Position numbers and translations under genes: made by a program
NCBI GenBank assembly: GCA_018394315.1
Contig: CP074575.1
Coordinates: 248,001 to 312,000 of the forward strand
Origin: Mycoplasmatota bacterium
GTDB taxonomy: Bacteria > Bacillota_I > Bacilli_A > MAG-NZ
DNA length: 64,000 nucleotides
Direction of reading: 5' to 3'
The notes under the pieces: model-generated
Told to the model about the DNA's origin: nothing
Database searches by the model: none
What the model saw: only the letters and a program-made list of their open reading frames with translations
Part shown: in pieces, positions 28,161 through 39,225 of the stretch
Layout: every line of letters begins with the position of its first letter
Position numbering within the stretch: the first letter of the stretch is position 1

Positions 28161-29786
28161 CTACCACTTATAATTACTTTGTTTATAAATATTGTATCCA
28201 CCCGCTAAATTTAGTACTCTATAATCATGACTCATTAACATGCTTGCAGCGATATGTGCTCTTTGTCCTACTTCACAATACACGTATATTGTTTTATCTT
28301 TTGGGACTTCATCAATTCTACCTCTTAATTCATCAATTGGGATATTTATACTTGTAGGAACACTTCCTTGTTCAAACTCACCTTTAGTTCTTACATCTAG
28401 AATAAACTCTTTATTCTTAATCAATTCTTCAACATCATTCCACATAAAGAATTCGTATCCATTTAATTGATTATCTCCAATATAACCAGCAATATTGACT
28501 AGATCTTTTGCACTATTAAATGGTGGAGCATATGCTACTTCAATTTCTGCTAACTCGCTTACTTTAGCACCAAAACGAATAGCAGTAGCAATGACATCGA
28601 TTCTCTTTTCAGTACCCTCATAGCCAATTGCTTGTGCTCCAAGTATCAATTCATCTTTTTTATTATATATAACTTTTAGATCAATTTCTCTTGGATTTGG
28701 ATAATACCCTGCGTGATTATTTTTCTTTACATATATAACACCATAATCAATACCAGTATTCATTAGTGCCTTTTCATTTAATCCTGTACTAGCAGCAGTT
28801 AATTCGAAAACCTTAGCTACACTAGTTCCAAGTGTTCCTAAATATGATATCTCCTTACCTGAAATATGATCAGCAACAATTCTTCCTTGTCTATTAGCTG
28901 GCCAAGCTAAAGGAATAATTGTGCTAGCTTGACTAACATAATGTTTCACTTCAATAGCATCACCAATTGCGTAAATGTCAGGATCACTTGTTTGTAGTTG
29001 TTCATTAACAACGATGTTTCTGTTTACCTCTAATCCAGCATCTACAGCTAATTTAGTTTCACCACGAACACCAATTGCCAAAATAATAAGTTCTGTTTCA
29101 ATCTGACGTTTATTTGTTATAACTGTGTTTCCATCAAATCTAGAAACACTCTCCTCTAGGTGAATATTTACCTTATTATCAATTAACTCTTTATGCAAAA
29201 ACTGTGCCATTTCAAAGTCAAAGGGAGCCATCACTTGGTTTTGCATATCGACCAAGTCAACTTTAATACCTCTATCCGTTAAGTTTTCAGCCATTTCGAT
29301 ACCGATAAATCCTCCACCTATCACAACTGCACTTTTAATTTTATTAACAGCAATATAGTCGTAAATTTTATCAGTGTCTGGAATATTCCTTAATGTAAAA
29401 ACAGGTGCATCTTCTATCCCTTCAAATCTTGGTAAAATTGGTTGTGCACCAGGAGATAGAATTAATTTATCATAACTTTCAGTATAAATCTCATTTGTTT
29501 CTAAGTTCTTAACTGAAACCTCTTTTTTATCTCGATCAATTCCTATTACTTCTGATAAATTTCTTACATCAATATTAAATCTATTTTCCATTTTCTTTTT
29601 AGAAGTAACAAATAGTTTTTTTCTTTTTTCTATTACTCCACCTATATAATAAGGTAATCCACAATTCGCAAAAGAGATATGCTCTCCTCGTTCAAATAGA
29701 ATTATCTCTGCTTGCTCATTAAGTCTTCTCATTCTAGCAGCTGCACTTGCACCTCCAGCTACTCCTCCTATAATTAATATTTTCAT
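28161..29786 (-). CDS. cdr: CoA-disulfide reductase with C-terminal rhodanese domain
   Basis: GGVAGG, SFANCGLPY, YAPPF and rhodanese YCEVGQRA. Confidence 0.92.
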   Translation of the reverse strand: MKILIIGGVAGGASAAARMRRLNEQAEIILFERGEHISFANCGLPYYIGGVIEKRKKLFVTSKKKMENRFNIDVRNLSEVIGIDRDKKEVSVKNLETNEIYTESYDKLILSPGAQPILPRFEGIEDAPVFTLRNIPDTDKIYDYIAVNKIKSAVVIGGGFIGIEMAENLTDRGIKVDLVDMQNQVMAPFDFEMAQFLHKELIDNKVNIHLEESVSRFDGNTVITNKRQIETELIILAIGVRGETKLAVDAGLEVNRNIVVNEQLQTSDPDIYAIGDAIEVKHYVSQASTIIPLAWPANRQGRIVADHISGKEISYLGTLGTSVAKVFELTAASTGLNEKALMNTGIDYGVIYVKKNNHAGYYPNPREIDLKVIYNKKDELILGAQAIGYEGTEKRIDVIATAIRFGAKVSELAEIEVAYAPPFNSAKDLVNIAGYIGDNQLNGYEFFMWNDVEELIKNKEFILDVRTKGEFEQGSVPTSINIPIDELRGRIDEVPKDKTIYVYCEVGQRAHIAASMLMSHDYRVLNLAGGYNIYKQSNYKW

Positions 29787-29853
29787 AACTCCTCCTAAAA
29801 ATAAACTACTAAGCTATTGTATCTTATTATATGAATTATTTAAAATAGTTTGC

Positions 29854-31287
29854 TTACAAACTAATATCTCTTGTGCTAGGACCCTGAATCACTTGCCCGT
29901 GAATGTTAAATCTTGACCCATGACACGAACAATCCCATGTTTTGTCTGTATCGTTAAAGAACAGTTCACACCCTAAGTGAGGACATTTAGTTCTCACAAA
30001 ATGTTCACCCTCAGCATCTTTAAATACACCCAAATGTTCTTTAGTTATTCCACCTTCATTGATCTTTATTAATTCTTTTTTCTTTGAGTGAGTAAAATAG
30101 TTGCTAATACTATTCCCCATATCTTTTAAAAAGTTTTTAATCCTTATTTTCCTTCTAGGATTAAATACGTGCTGAAATTCACTCTCATTCTTAGTAATTA
30201 AATCACTTATAATTTTACCTGCAATACTCCCATTTGTCATTCCCCATTTATTGAATCCAGTAGCAACGTACACATTACTATACCCATCAAACCTTCCTAT
30301 ATACGGTAACCCATCTTGAGTTATACAATCGTGAGTCGACCAAGCCATAACTGAAGTCCCAGGAAAAATCTCTTCTCTTTTTTCCTTAAGTGAATTAAAT
30401 CTTTTTAAATAACTATATTTCTTACTTAAAATATGTCCGCTTCCACCAAATATTAAATTATCTTTATGAAACCTAATAGACGTTATTGGACTATCTGCGG
30501 TTATCAAAGAAAAGTTTCCATTTCTCTTTGAAACATCTACATAAGATCTTTCTAAATGCATTCTCATAAAATAAAAGCCTGGAAAGTTTACAAATGGAAA
30601 GTGACAAGCCATAATTACATTTTCTGCTGTTACATTTGCTCTATCTGTTTCAATTATCACCTTATTAGAAACTCTTCTCATTTTCTTAGCTACTGTCTTT
30701 TCATATATATTAATCCCTTTATCAAGACAAATTCCCTTTAGACTATTTATGTACTTAAAGGGATGAAAGACAGCACCCTCATTTACCTTGAGGGTGAATT
30801 TATTTTCACCATACGGTGTTTCTAAAAATAATTCTGCATCAATATTACATTTCTTTAAAAATTCTATTTCATCATTAAAAGACAACACGTCTTCATTCTT
30901 ATTCGATACAACATAAGAAGGTACCTCTTCATAGTCGCAATCAATATCATTTTCATTTATAATTTCACTAACTTCGTTAATAATCTTTTTGGTTGCGAAC
31001 AAATAATCTCTAGCCTTTTCAAAACCGTGATAAAACTCTAACTTATGATAGATTAATTTTTGTAAAAAGGTAAGTTTACCAGTAGTATATAAAGAAACCC
31101 CACGTCCACAAACATCTCTATCAATTAAAGTTACTCTCTTTCCAGAGTCTATTAAATGATAAGCAGTTGAAATTCCAGCAATTCCACCACCAATAATCAA
31201 TACATCTGTCTCAACATTTTCTTTTAAGGGATCTAATTCATTGTAGTCAACGTCATCCCATAAGCTTTTTTTCACATTATCACCCAT
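29854..31287 (-). CDS. FAD-dependent oxidoreductase with C-terminal Rieske domain (YhfW-like)
   Basis: GGGIAG, GFNKWGMT, CPHLGC and WDCSCHGSRF. Confidence 0.92.
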   Translation of the reverse strand: MGDNVKKSLWDDVDYNELDPLKENVETDVLIIGGGIAGISTAYHLIDSGKRVTLIDRDVCGRGVSLYTTGKLTFLQKLIYHKLEFYHGFEKARDYLFATKKIINEVSEIINENDIDCDYEEVPSYVVSNKNEDVLSFNDEIEFLKKCNIDAELFLETPYGENKFTLKVNEGAVFHPFKYINSLKGICLDKGINIYEKTVAKKMRRVSNKVIIETDRANVTAENVIMACHFPFVNFPGFYFMRMHLERSYVDVSKRNGNFSLITADSPITSIRFHKDNLIFGGSGHILSKKYSYLKRFNSLKEKREEIFPGTSVMAWSTHDCITQDGLPYIGRFDGYSNVYVATGFNKWGMTNGSIAGKIISDLITKNESEFQHVFNPRRKIRIKNFLKDMGNSISNYFTHSKKKELIKINEGGITKEHLGVFKDAEGEHFVRTKCPHLGCELFFNDTDKTWDCSCHGSRFNIHGQVIQGPSTRDISL

Positions 31288-31347
31288 ATCTATTATTGGT
31301 AGAATTAGGATATAAATACAAAAAAAACTATGATAATTGTCATAGCT

Positions 31348-31878
31348 TTAGTATTGTTTAGCTTTTTCTACTATATGTTCTATTTCCTTTTTACCCATTA
31401 GTTTTTCAACTATAAATGAACCTACCAAGAACATTAATATTAATATTATATTCGATACTACCGTGAACTTTAACCCTAGCGTAGTTACTTGAAAGAATAT
31501 AATAGGAATTTTAGCACTTGCCCACATCATTAAGAAAAATAATACATTTGCATACCTTGCACCTTTTTTAAGCATTATCATCGCAAGTGGGAAAGCCCCA
31601 ACTAATGGACCTGCTGCGAATGTACCAAATATAAATGCAACTGATATTCCTATAAAACCACTCTTTTCACCCATTAGTTTTATCATTGTTTCTCTAGGAA
31701 CCCATACATCCATCAAACCAATTAGAATGAATATTGGTGGCACTATTTGAATCATTAAATAAAACTGATTGACAGATGACTTAGTAGCGTCAATTGCTAA
31801 GTTATAGTCAATAAATAGTAAGATAAATATTATAGCTAAACTTATATATAACATTTTACTTTTGAATAATACTTTCAT
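31348..31878 (-). CDS. Predicted permease (DUF318/ArsP-like) subunit
   Basis: Hydrophobic, with DVWVP and AAGP motifs. Confidence 0.75.
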   Translation of the reverse strand: MKVLFKSKMLYISLAIIFILLFIDYNLAIDATKSSVNQFYLMIQIVPPIFILIGLMDVWVPRETMIKLMGEKSGFIGISVAFIFGTFAAGPLVGAFPLAMIMLKKGARYANVLFFLMMWASAKIPIIFFQVTTLGLKFTVVSNIILILMFLVGSFIVEKLMGKKEIEHIVEKAKQY

Positions 31879-32360
31879 TACATCACCATCCAAATTACAA
31901 TTGCTACTACAATTGAACCAATTAAAGCTAGACTATTTCTTAATAATGTAGCCCTTTTACTAAAGAACTTAGTTTCAGCACCAATATATACAAATCCTAC
32001 TGCCATTAATGTAGTAACTAATGCAGCTACTTGTGGATATCCAGCACCATTTTCTAATAACTCTGCCCCGAGTGGATAAGTAACAAATGGCGGCATGAAT
32101 GAAACACTTCCTACTACTAAAGAAATTATAACCCCAATTACTCCAGAATCTTCGCCAATCGCTTGTCTAATTTGATCAGGAGTTATTAAAGTTAAAATAA
32201 TCCCAACAAATAAGAATAATGGAATAAGAACTGGCAATATTTTTATAAATGCCATATACCCTTTTTTAAGTGCTTTTTTAGTTTTCTTCTTATCCTTGAT
32301 AAAAGATATAACTAATAGAACTGCTGTTAATACATACAATATGTACGAACTTATACCCAT
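31878..32360 (-). CDS. Predicted permease (DUF318/ArsP-like) subunit
   Basis: Hydrophobic, YPLGAELLENGAG. Translationally coupled to the next gene. Confidence 0.75.
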   Translation of the reverse strand: MGISSYILYVLTAVLLVISFIKDKKKTKKALKKGYMAFIKILPVLIPLFLFVGIILTLITPDQIRQAIGEDSGVIGVIISLVVGSVSFMPPFVTYPLGAELLENGAGYPQVAALVTTLMAVGFVYIGAETKFFSKRATLLRNSLALIGSIVVAIVIWMVM

Positions 32361-32478
32361 ACTTACTTCCTCCTTAAATAACTCTCATAAAAGCTTAGTA
32401 GTAAAGCGCGTTTACAATAGTTAGTATACAAACTTGTATTAATCTTTACAATTAGTTTGCTCAAAAAAAGATAATCTA

Positions 32479-33354
32479 TTAATTATCTTCTCTTATGGGT
32501 ATTAGATATACATTAATATCTTGAATATTGTCAATCCGCTTTATTATCTTATTCTTAAGTTCATTGATAAGAAGATAACCTTCTTCAATAGTTAGAGTGT
32601 TTTCAACTTTTAGATTTGTATAAATATCAATATGATTTAAATGGAAGATAGCCTTTAAACTATCTATTTCTAGTACACTCTCGTCATCAGTCAACAAATG
32701 CCTTATTAGATCGATTATTTGCTTGCTTGGTGCTGTATCCATTAATTCTTTTATCGATTGATAATAGATTTTAAGACCCGCTCTAGCAATAATCAATGCT
32801 ACTACAATCGCCGCAATCGGATCAAGAATGGAAAACCCAAACATAGAACCAACAACTCCAACTAAAGCAGCAACACTACTTAGTGAATCAGTACGGTGAT
32901 GCCAACCATCTGCTATTAGTGATTGAGAGCCAATTTTCTCACCAGTTCTAACACAGTAAAAATACATAAACTCATTTAGCCCTATTGAAACAAAAACAAC
33001 TATTAAGGCGAAAACTCCAGGTGTATGAACAACTTCATTTTTAATTCCGTTGATAGCACCATAAGTAATTCCTACAGCAGTAATCATTAGGATTATCGCA
33101 ATGATCTTAGATACTATTAATTCAGCTTTTTCATGTCCAAAAGGATGTTCTTCATCAGCTGGCTTATTTGAAATTGTTATCCCAAAATAAACAAACATAG
33201 TAGATAAGATATCAGTAAGAGAATGAAAAGCATCTGCAATCAAAACACTACTACCAGAAAGTAATCCTACAATTAATTTAATCGCAACTAATAAGCCATT
33301 CAGCAACATTGTATGCGTTGATACTCTTCTACCTATTCTAGCTTTTTCATTCAT
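32479..33354 (-). CDS. Cation diffusion facilitator transporter
   Basis: ADAFHSLTD, HPFGHEKAE and WHHRTD. Confidence 0.93.
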   Translation of the reverse strand: MNEKARIGRRVSTHTMLLNGLLVAIKLIVGLLSGSSVLIADAFHSLTDILSTMFVYFGITISNKPADEEHPFGHEKAELIVSKIIAIILMITAVGITYGAINGIKNEVVHTPGVFALIVVFVSIGLNEFMYFYCVRTGEKIGSQSLIADGWHHRTDSLSSVAALVGVVGSMFGFSILDPIAAIVVALIIARAGLKIYYQSIKELMDTAPSKQIIDLIRHLLTDDESVLEIDSLKAIFHLNHIDIYTNLKVENTLTIEEGYLLINELKNKIIKRIDNIQDINVYLIPIREDN

Positions 33355-33419
33355 ATTTGACCTCCACAATCCGTAACATTATATCAGCTTATTACTATAA
33401 TTCCCAAATGATACCATTA

Positions 33420-33644
33420 CTAATTAATTTTACCACTATATATGAATGATTTACCAATCATTTTATAATATTGATCCTTTTTTATTCCGATTTTATTTCC
33501 ACAAGTACATCTTAAGTCGCTTTCAGTATTGACAAACTTCTTTTCAATTCTATTGAAATAGCATTTTAGAATAGACCCGTGACCAACTTTATTGTACTTC
33601 ATTATTTTACTCTTACATTTAGCACACCTTATAATTAACATCAT
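33420..33644 (-). CDS. Small Cys-rich (Zn-ribbon-like) protein
   Basis: RBS GGAGG, with CAKC and CTCG. Confidence 0.7.
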   Translation of the reverse strand: MMLIIRCAKCKSKIMKYNKVGHGSILKCYFNRIEKKFVNTESDLRCTCGNKIGIKKDQYYKMIGKSFIYSGKIN

Positions 33645-33721
33645 AATCCTCCAAATTAATTATACATTATAATTGCCTTTAAATTTCATTGTGTTACTAT
33701 ATTAATGAAAGGATGTTTTTC

Positions 33722-34864
33722 ATGATAGAACTAATTGCTACCACGACATTCGGCTTAGAAGCTGTGGTAAAAAGAGAATTAATATCACTAGGATTTAGAA
33801 TAATAAAAACCGAAGATGGGAAGGTCACATTTGAAAGTGATTTTTCTGGGATAGCTAAGGCTAACTTATGGCTAAGAAGTGCCGATCGTGTCTTACTTAA
33901 ACTGGGTGAGTTTAGAGCTATTACTTTTGATGAGCTTTTCGAGAAGACAAAGGCATTACCTTGGACTGATTGGATATCAGTAAATGGTCAATTTCCTGTT
34001 AATGGTAAGTCAGTAAAATCAAAATTATTTAGTATATCAGATTGCCAAAGAATTGTAAAAAAAGCTGTTGTTGAGAAAATGAAGACAAAATATAGTAAAG
34101 ACTTTTTTGAAGAGACAGGTCCAAACTATACTATACAGGTATCTCTTTTAAAAGATGTAGCCACACTTACAATTGATACCAGTGGCGCTGGATTACATAA
34201 AAGAGGCTATCGAGTAAGCAATGTTAGTGCACCAATCAAAGAAACTCTAGCTGCGGCTTTAATTATGTTAAGCTATTGGAATAAAGACCGTGCCTTATAT
34301 GATGTTTTTTGCGGATCAGGTACTATCCCAATTGAAGCTGCTTTAATTGCTAGAAATATAGCTCCTGGGTTAAATAGAAAATTTGCTTCAGAAGAATGGC
34401 CTATCCTAGATCAAGAAATTTGGACCCTTAATAGAGAGGAGGCTACTAAAGCAATAGACAGAACCCTAAATTTAGAAATATATGCTTCTGATATTAATCA
34501 AGAAAATCTAACTGCTGCTAAAAGTAATGCTACCCAAGCGGGGGTAGGAAATGACATTACTTTTTTCAAGAGTGACTTTAAAAGCGTAAACTTCTCTAAA
34601 GACTATGGAATAATTATTTCTAATCCTCCTTATGGTGAAAGATTAGAAAATGAAAATATTTATAAAGTAAAACAGATGTATAGAGATATGGGGAAAATAT
34701 TCAACCAATTAGAAACATGGAGTAAGTATATAATTACATCGTTTGAAGGTTTTGAGAATTTGTTTGAAAAAAAAGCAGACAAGGTAAGAAAACTATACAA
34801 TGGAAAACTAAAGGTAAGATACTATCAATATTATGGACCACGACCACCAAAAGAAAGAGGGTAA
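33722..34864 (+). CDS. rlmL: THUMP-domain 23S rRNA methyltransferase (RlmL/YpsC-like)
   Basis: GLHKRGYR, CGSGTIPIEAA and NPPYGER. Confidence 0.9.
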   Translation: MIELIATTTFGLEAVVKRELISLGFRIIKTEDGKVTFESDFSGIAKANLWLRSADRVLLKLGEFRAITFDELFEKTKALPWTDWISVNGQFPVNGKSVKSKLFSISDCQRIVKKAVVEKMKTKYSKDFFEETGPNYTIQVSLLKDVATLTIDTSGAGLHKRGYRVSNVSAPIKETLAAALIMLSYWNKDRALYDVFCGSGTIPIEAALIARNIAPGLNRKFASEEWPILDQEIWTLNREEATKAIDRTLNLEIYASDINQENLTAAKSNATQAGVGNDITFFKSDFKSVNFSKDYGIIISNPPYGERLENENIYKVKQMYRDMGKIFNQLETWSKYIITSFEGFENLFEKKADKVRKLYNGKLKVRYYQYYGPRPPKERG

Positions 34865-34877
34865 AAACCCTCTTTTA

Positions 34878-35285
34878 CTAATAGTTCATTTTTGTGAATG
34901 TAATAACACCAGTTTCCTTACCAGAATTTAATCCGACTTTCTTATAGAAATTAACTGTCTTTTCTTTATCATCAGTAATTAGAACAATTTGATAAACATC
35001 ACTAAATTTCTTTAAAGTATCTTCTAGTAATTTTGTTCCAATTCCTTTTCCTTGATAATTAGGGTCAACTAGCAAATCTTGTATATAAAAAATAGTTAGT
35101 CCATCTCCAACTGAACGAATTAATCCCACCAATTTTTCTCCATCCCACGCAGAGTAAACATATAAAGCTTTTTCTAAAGCTTGCATAGTTCTATCAACAT
35201 TTCTTACATAACTAACCCAGCCATTAGAATCATATAAATTCCTAACGTCTTCAGTTTTAAAATCTCTTGTCTCCTTATAAATCAC
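34878..35285 (-). CDS. GNAT acetyltransferase
   Basis: QDLLVDPNYQGKGIG. Confidence 0.9.
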   Translation of the reverse strand: MIYKETRDFKTEDVRNLYDSNGWVSYVRNVDRTMQALEKALYVYSAWDGEKLVGLIRSVGDGLTIFYIQDLLVDPNYQGKGIGTKLLEDTLKKFSDVYQIVLITDDKEKTVNFYKKVGLNSGKETGVITFTKMNY

Positions 35286-35344
35286 TATATCACTCTCCTA
35301 AAATAAAATTCAATCTTGTCACATAGAATTAAATGGTGATTAAA

Positions 35345-35794
35345 ATGAAGAAAAAATTCTTGTTTATATTTTTGATACTTGCTTTCTTAATTCCAGGAGC
35401 GTTGTTTCAAAGTGATGTTTTATACTATAATTCTCTAAATTTACCATCGTTTTCGCCACCTAAAGAAGTATTTAGCATTTGGATTGTACTATATATTTTG
35501 ATAGCATATGTAGTTTCAACGATCTTCACTAGTTATAAAAATAATGAAATTAGGGATTTTAAACAAGTCTTTTTAGTTAATTATATTTTAAACATTTCTT
35601 TTACACCAATATTTTTCAGTCTACATAATCAATTCTTAGGATTATTAGTTACGATCGCTATATTTATAACATCAGTATTTTTATTTTATGAGACATATAA
35701 GTTAGAGAAGAGATTATCATCTCTTTTAATGCCTTATGTTATGTGGAGTTTTTTAGTAAGCATCTTAAGTTTCGCAATTTATTCTATAAACTAG
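35345..35794 (+). CDS. tspO: TspO/MBR family membrane protein
   Basis: YNSLNLPSFSPP...WIVLY, FTPIFF and LMPYVMW. Confidence 0.85.
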   Translation: MKKKFLFIFLILAFLIPGALFQSDVLYYNSLNLPSFSPPKEVFSIWIVLYILIAYVVSTIFTSYKNNEIRDFKQVFLVNYILNISFTPIFFSLHNQFLGLLVTIAIFITSVFLFYETYKLEKRLSSLLMPYVMWSFLVSILSFAIYSIN

Positions 35795-35845
35795 TAGGTT
35801 AACATCAAACTAACATAAATTAGATTCGCATTCAAAAGTGAATTT

Positions 35846-37492
35846 TTATGCTATAGTATGTAACACATCATTAATAAAAATTTCGACTAAGTTAGGATCA
35901 AATTGACTTCCTGAGTTATTCTTCAATTCAGAAACCGCTTCTTCCTTAGACAGTTTGTTGCGGTATGGTCTTTCACTAGTCATCGCGTCATATGCGTCTG
36001 CAATTGATAAAATTCTAGCCAGAAGAGGAATTTTCTCCCCATTTATACCTCTAGGATATCCATTTCCGTCCCATCTTTCATGATGAGCAATCACACATTC
36101 TAAGATATCGCTAGTATCCTTAACTGAACTAAGAATCCTATATCCAACCTCGGGATGTTTTCTCATTTCAATCCACTCATCTTCACTTAATGAATCTTGC
36201 TTTTTCAGAATCCTCGTAGGAATAGCAACTTTTCCAATATCATGCAACATCCCCATCATTCTTAAATCTCTAAGATCTGACTCAGATAGTTCCATCTTAT
36301 TCCCTATTTGTACGCATATATCTGAGACTCTTCTAGAATGCGCTTCTGAATTTTCATCTCTTTTAAAAAGTGAATTAATGATTGCATCAATTGTTTCTTT
36401 ACGGACAATTGGTCCATCTATCAACTTGGTTTTATACATCTTGTCTTCTGCGTCCTTAATCACCATTTTTATGTTTTCTTTAACCAAGTATTTCGTAGCA
36501 CATCCAACACTAATAGAAATTACTGTGCTATCTAAATACTCATCAAGTGATTTTTCCATAATTGCCTTAGAAATACTCTCTGCCACATCAATATCTGTAT
36601 TGGGTAGTAAGATCATGAACTCATCACCACCTACTCTAGCAATAATGTCGTTCTCTCTACATGACTCGTTCAATATTCTTGAAACCTTAAGAATTAATTG
36701 ATCACCTGCGTCATGGCCTAAAGAATCGTTAACGAGTTTTAAGCCGTTTACGTCTCCCATCATTATGGTTAATGGATAGTATTTCTCTTGGTCTAATTCT
36801 TTTAAAATAAGTTCGTAATATCGTCTATTATACAAATCAGTAAGTGGGTCATGGAAACTCAAGTATTCTAGCTTTCTCTCACTTTCCTTAACTTTAATAG
36901 CCATTTCATCTTTATCATGCTGTTGGAAGAATAAAACACCTAAAAGCGTAGTACCCAGTGGATATACGACAATTATTATTAATCCTAAAGATCTAATTAA
37001 TTCCATAGCTACATCATAAGGCATCAAAAAAAACCACAGAATCATTACCGAGTGCACTATTAATCCCAATAAATAGAGTTCTACCCATCTTCTAATCCAT
37101 CCATTTATTCCCTTATTAAACCTAACGTATCTATAAGTTAAGCCAAGAATCCCTGAACTAAAAATGACCACTACTCCTGTAATTGCGCCAGTGCCACCTT
37201 GAATTAATCTATGAACACTGGTGAATAATGCAGTAATAAACGTTGGAATAAACCCTAAAAATACACCTGACATAGTAATAAGGATTGACCTACTATCAAA
37301 TACAATCCCAGGACCAAATATAACTGGTGTTGACATTACCGCAAGACCAACCGCACCCGCACCTATTCCGATAAAAAACTTATAAAGGTATTTATTTTTC
37401 AATCTGTCTAGTGGAATAATTGAATAAACCAATAAGATTGTAAATAATAGAGCAATATTGTTTATAATTCCTATAAAAGTTTGATTATTCAT
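35846..37492 (-). CDS. Membrane sensor (5TM-5TMR_LYT-like) with GGDEF and HD-GYP domains
   Basis: TM N-terminus with FDSRS, GGDEF, LHDIGK and HHERWDGNGYP. Confidence 0.92.
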   Translation of the reverse strand: MNNQTFIGIINNIALLFTILLVYSIIPLDRLKNKYLYKFFIGIGAGAVGLAVMSTPVIFGPGIVFDSRSILITMSGVFLGFIPTFITALFTSVHRLIQGGTGAITGVVVIFSSGILGLTYRYVRFNKGINGWIRRWVELYLLGLIVHSVMILWFFLMPYDVAMELIRSLGLIIIVVYPLGTTLLGVLFFQQHDKDEMAIKVKESERKLEYLSFHDPLTDLYNRRYYELILKELDQEKYYPLTIMMGDVNGLKLVNDSLGHDAGDQLILKVSRILNESCRENDIIARVGGDEFMILLPNTDIDVAESISKAIMEKSLDEYLDSTVISISVGCATKYLVKENIKMVIKDAEDKMYKTKLIDGPIVRKETIDAIINSLFKRDENSEAHSRRVSDICVQIGNKMELSESDLRDLRMMGMLHDIGKVAIPTRILKKQDSLSEDEWIEMRKHPEVGYRILSSVKDTSDILECVIAHHERWDGNGYPRGINGEKIPLLARILSIADAYDAMTSERPYRNKLSKEEAVSELKNNSGSQFDPNLVEIFINDVLHTIA

Positions 37493-37572
37493 CTACTCCT
37501 CCAAATACTCAGCGCTGTATAGAATAAGTATAACATATCATAACTCTTCAGACAATTTTTGGCAAAAATCAT

Positions 37573-38412
37573 CTATAAATCTAAATGTTTTACGATATCT
37601 TCAAAGACCTTGTCCCAGTTATAATCTTCATTATTAATCATTATAGCGTTTTCATGACTATTAACAACTTCAAGTTCAAGGTCTTTTCTTGTTTCGAGAA
37701 AACTTATTAATCCACAAAAACCTGTAAGATTATTCACTTTTCCATATTCGCTTTTTTCAACATACTGTATCGCTAAGTCTATCCAATCACTCCATTTAGA
37801 CTTATCTGGCGATAATCTTTCCTTAGCGACTCTATTGATTGTTTCTTCAATATTTTCTTGTGATAAGTATATTAATCTAGGGTTTAGTTCGCTAATGGAA
37901 TCAAGTAAATTTGCTAAGTGTTCTTTAATGATATTTGTAGAGATATTATGTTGAACTAATAATTTACTAATGTGATTTTGAAGAAATGCACATTCAAATA
38001 TATACACTGAGTCATCACATGATTTTGAAAAAGCTTTCCATCTTTTTAGATGTACATCAATAAACTCATCGATATCATTCTTCTCATAAACAGCATGACT
38101 CTTGAAGTATTCTACTAAATCAGGTTCATCTTTTCCAATACCAAGTAAAGAATAAGCTACTAATACATATTCATTTTCTTCTTTTGAATTCTTAATGATA
38201 ATATCTTTATACTTTGGAAACTTCTTTAATAAATCCTCAAACTCATCTTTTTCAAGTAATGCTGTCCAAGCCAAATCGACAGGATGTATATCCCCCTCGT
38301 TATATAAGTTTACATTGAGATTTTTTTCAGTTAAAAACTTTTCCAATCTTTTTGACAGTGTTGTTTTTCCTGAACCAGGAATACCTTCAATCATTATTAA
38401 TTTGTTCTTCAT
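37573..38412 (-). CDS. P-loop NTPase / nucleotide kinase-like protein
   Basis: IEGIPGSGKTT. Confidence 0.75.
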   Translation of the reverse strand: MKNKLIMIEGIPGSGKTTLSKRLEKFLTEKNLNVNLYNEGDIHPVDLAWTALLEKDEFEDLLKKFPKYKDIIIKNSKEENEYVLVAYSLLGIGKDEPDLVEYFKSHAVYEKNDIDEFIDVHLKRWKAFSKSCDDSVYIFECAFLQNHISKLLVQHNISTNIIKEHLANLLDSISELNPRLIYLSQENIEETINRVAKERLSPDKSKWSDWIDLAIQYVEKSEYGKVNNLTGFCGLISFLETRKDLELEVVNSHENAIMINNEDYNWDKVFEDIVKHLDL

Positions 38413-38537
38413 ACTATTCTCCCATATTTTTCCATATTTCTACCTTAATAGTACCATAAAAATCATAGTTATACTAATAATCTATAATTAAGAAAAACTC
38501 TAATACAATCTGTATTAGAGTTTTATTTTTATGAAAT

Positions 38538-39134
38538 TTAAGTGAATAGTATTACTACGGATTGTACAACTCCAATAATCAAGCCCAAAAGCAATCCAAT
38601 ATACTCTATATGTTTTAATTCCTTTTTAGTTACATCATAAACTAGGTTCTCAAACTGAATAAAATCAAGTTCATCAATTTTTTCCTTAACTATTTCAGCT
38701 ATGTTTAAACGTTCAAACCCTTGATTTCTAAACGATTCCATTAAATCATTAAAAATGCCATCACCTTCACTATCTATGAATTTTGAAACTAACACATCAA
38801 TTTTGCCTCCAAACATTGCTAAAACCATAGGAGGTAGTATTTCTCTGAATTTTACAACTAACATTTTTTTTAACTTGTCTTTAATAATGTCAATATCCAC
38901 TGAGTTAATTAACTTAGATATTATTTCTTTCTCATTTAAGAATTCTCTTTGAATTGTTTCTGCAATTGATTTGGCTATTTCGTCTTTTCGCTTAGGTAAT
39001 ACACCTTGAAAAGTGAAGATAAACTTAATTGGTTTTATTGGTCTGAATAACATCTTGATAGCTAGTTTATTTGTTGTCCACCCAATAATCCCGCCTATTA
39101 ATATCAATATAATAATCTGAATAAACTGCTCCAT
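38538..39134 (-). CDS. DUF445 family membrane protein
   Basis: IGWTTNKLAIKMLFRP and ELKHIEYIG. Confidence 0.88.
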   Translation of the reverse strand: MEQFIQIIILILIGGIIGWTTNKLAIKMLFRPIKPIKFIFTFQGVLPKRKDEIAKSIAETIQREFLNEKEIISKLINSVDIDIIKDKLKKMLVVKFREILPPMVLAMFGGKIDVLVSKFIDSEGDGIFNDLMESFRNQGFERLNIAEIVKEKIDELDFIQFENLVYDVTKKELKHIEYIGLLLGLIIGVVQSVVILFT

Positions 39135-39225
39135 ATCTATAGCTCCAATCCATGCCTTATATTAAAGATTATATCACAATTCGACAGATATCATAAAAGG
39201 AAATAATTACCCATAAGAAAAATGA

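Noticed and set aside
27930..28201. 68-aa ORF overlapping the cdr end, and possible read-through at C*C
   Set aside because: The stop is TAA, not TGA, so not selenocysteine. No recognisable family.
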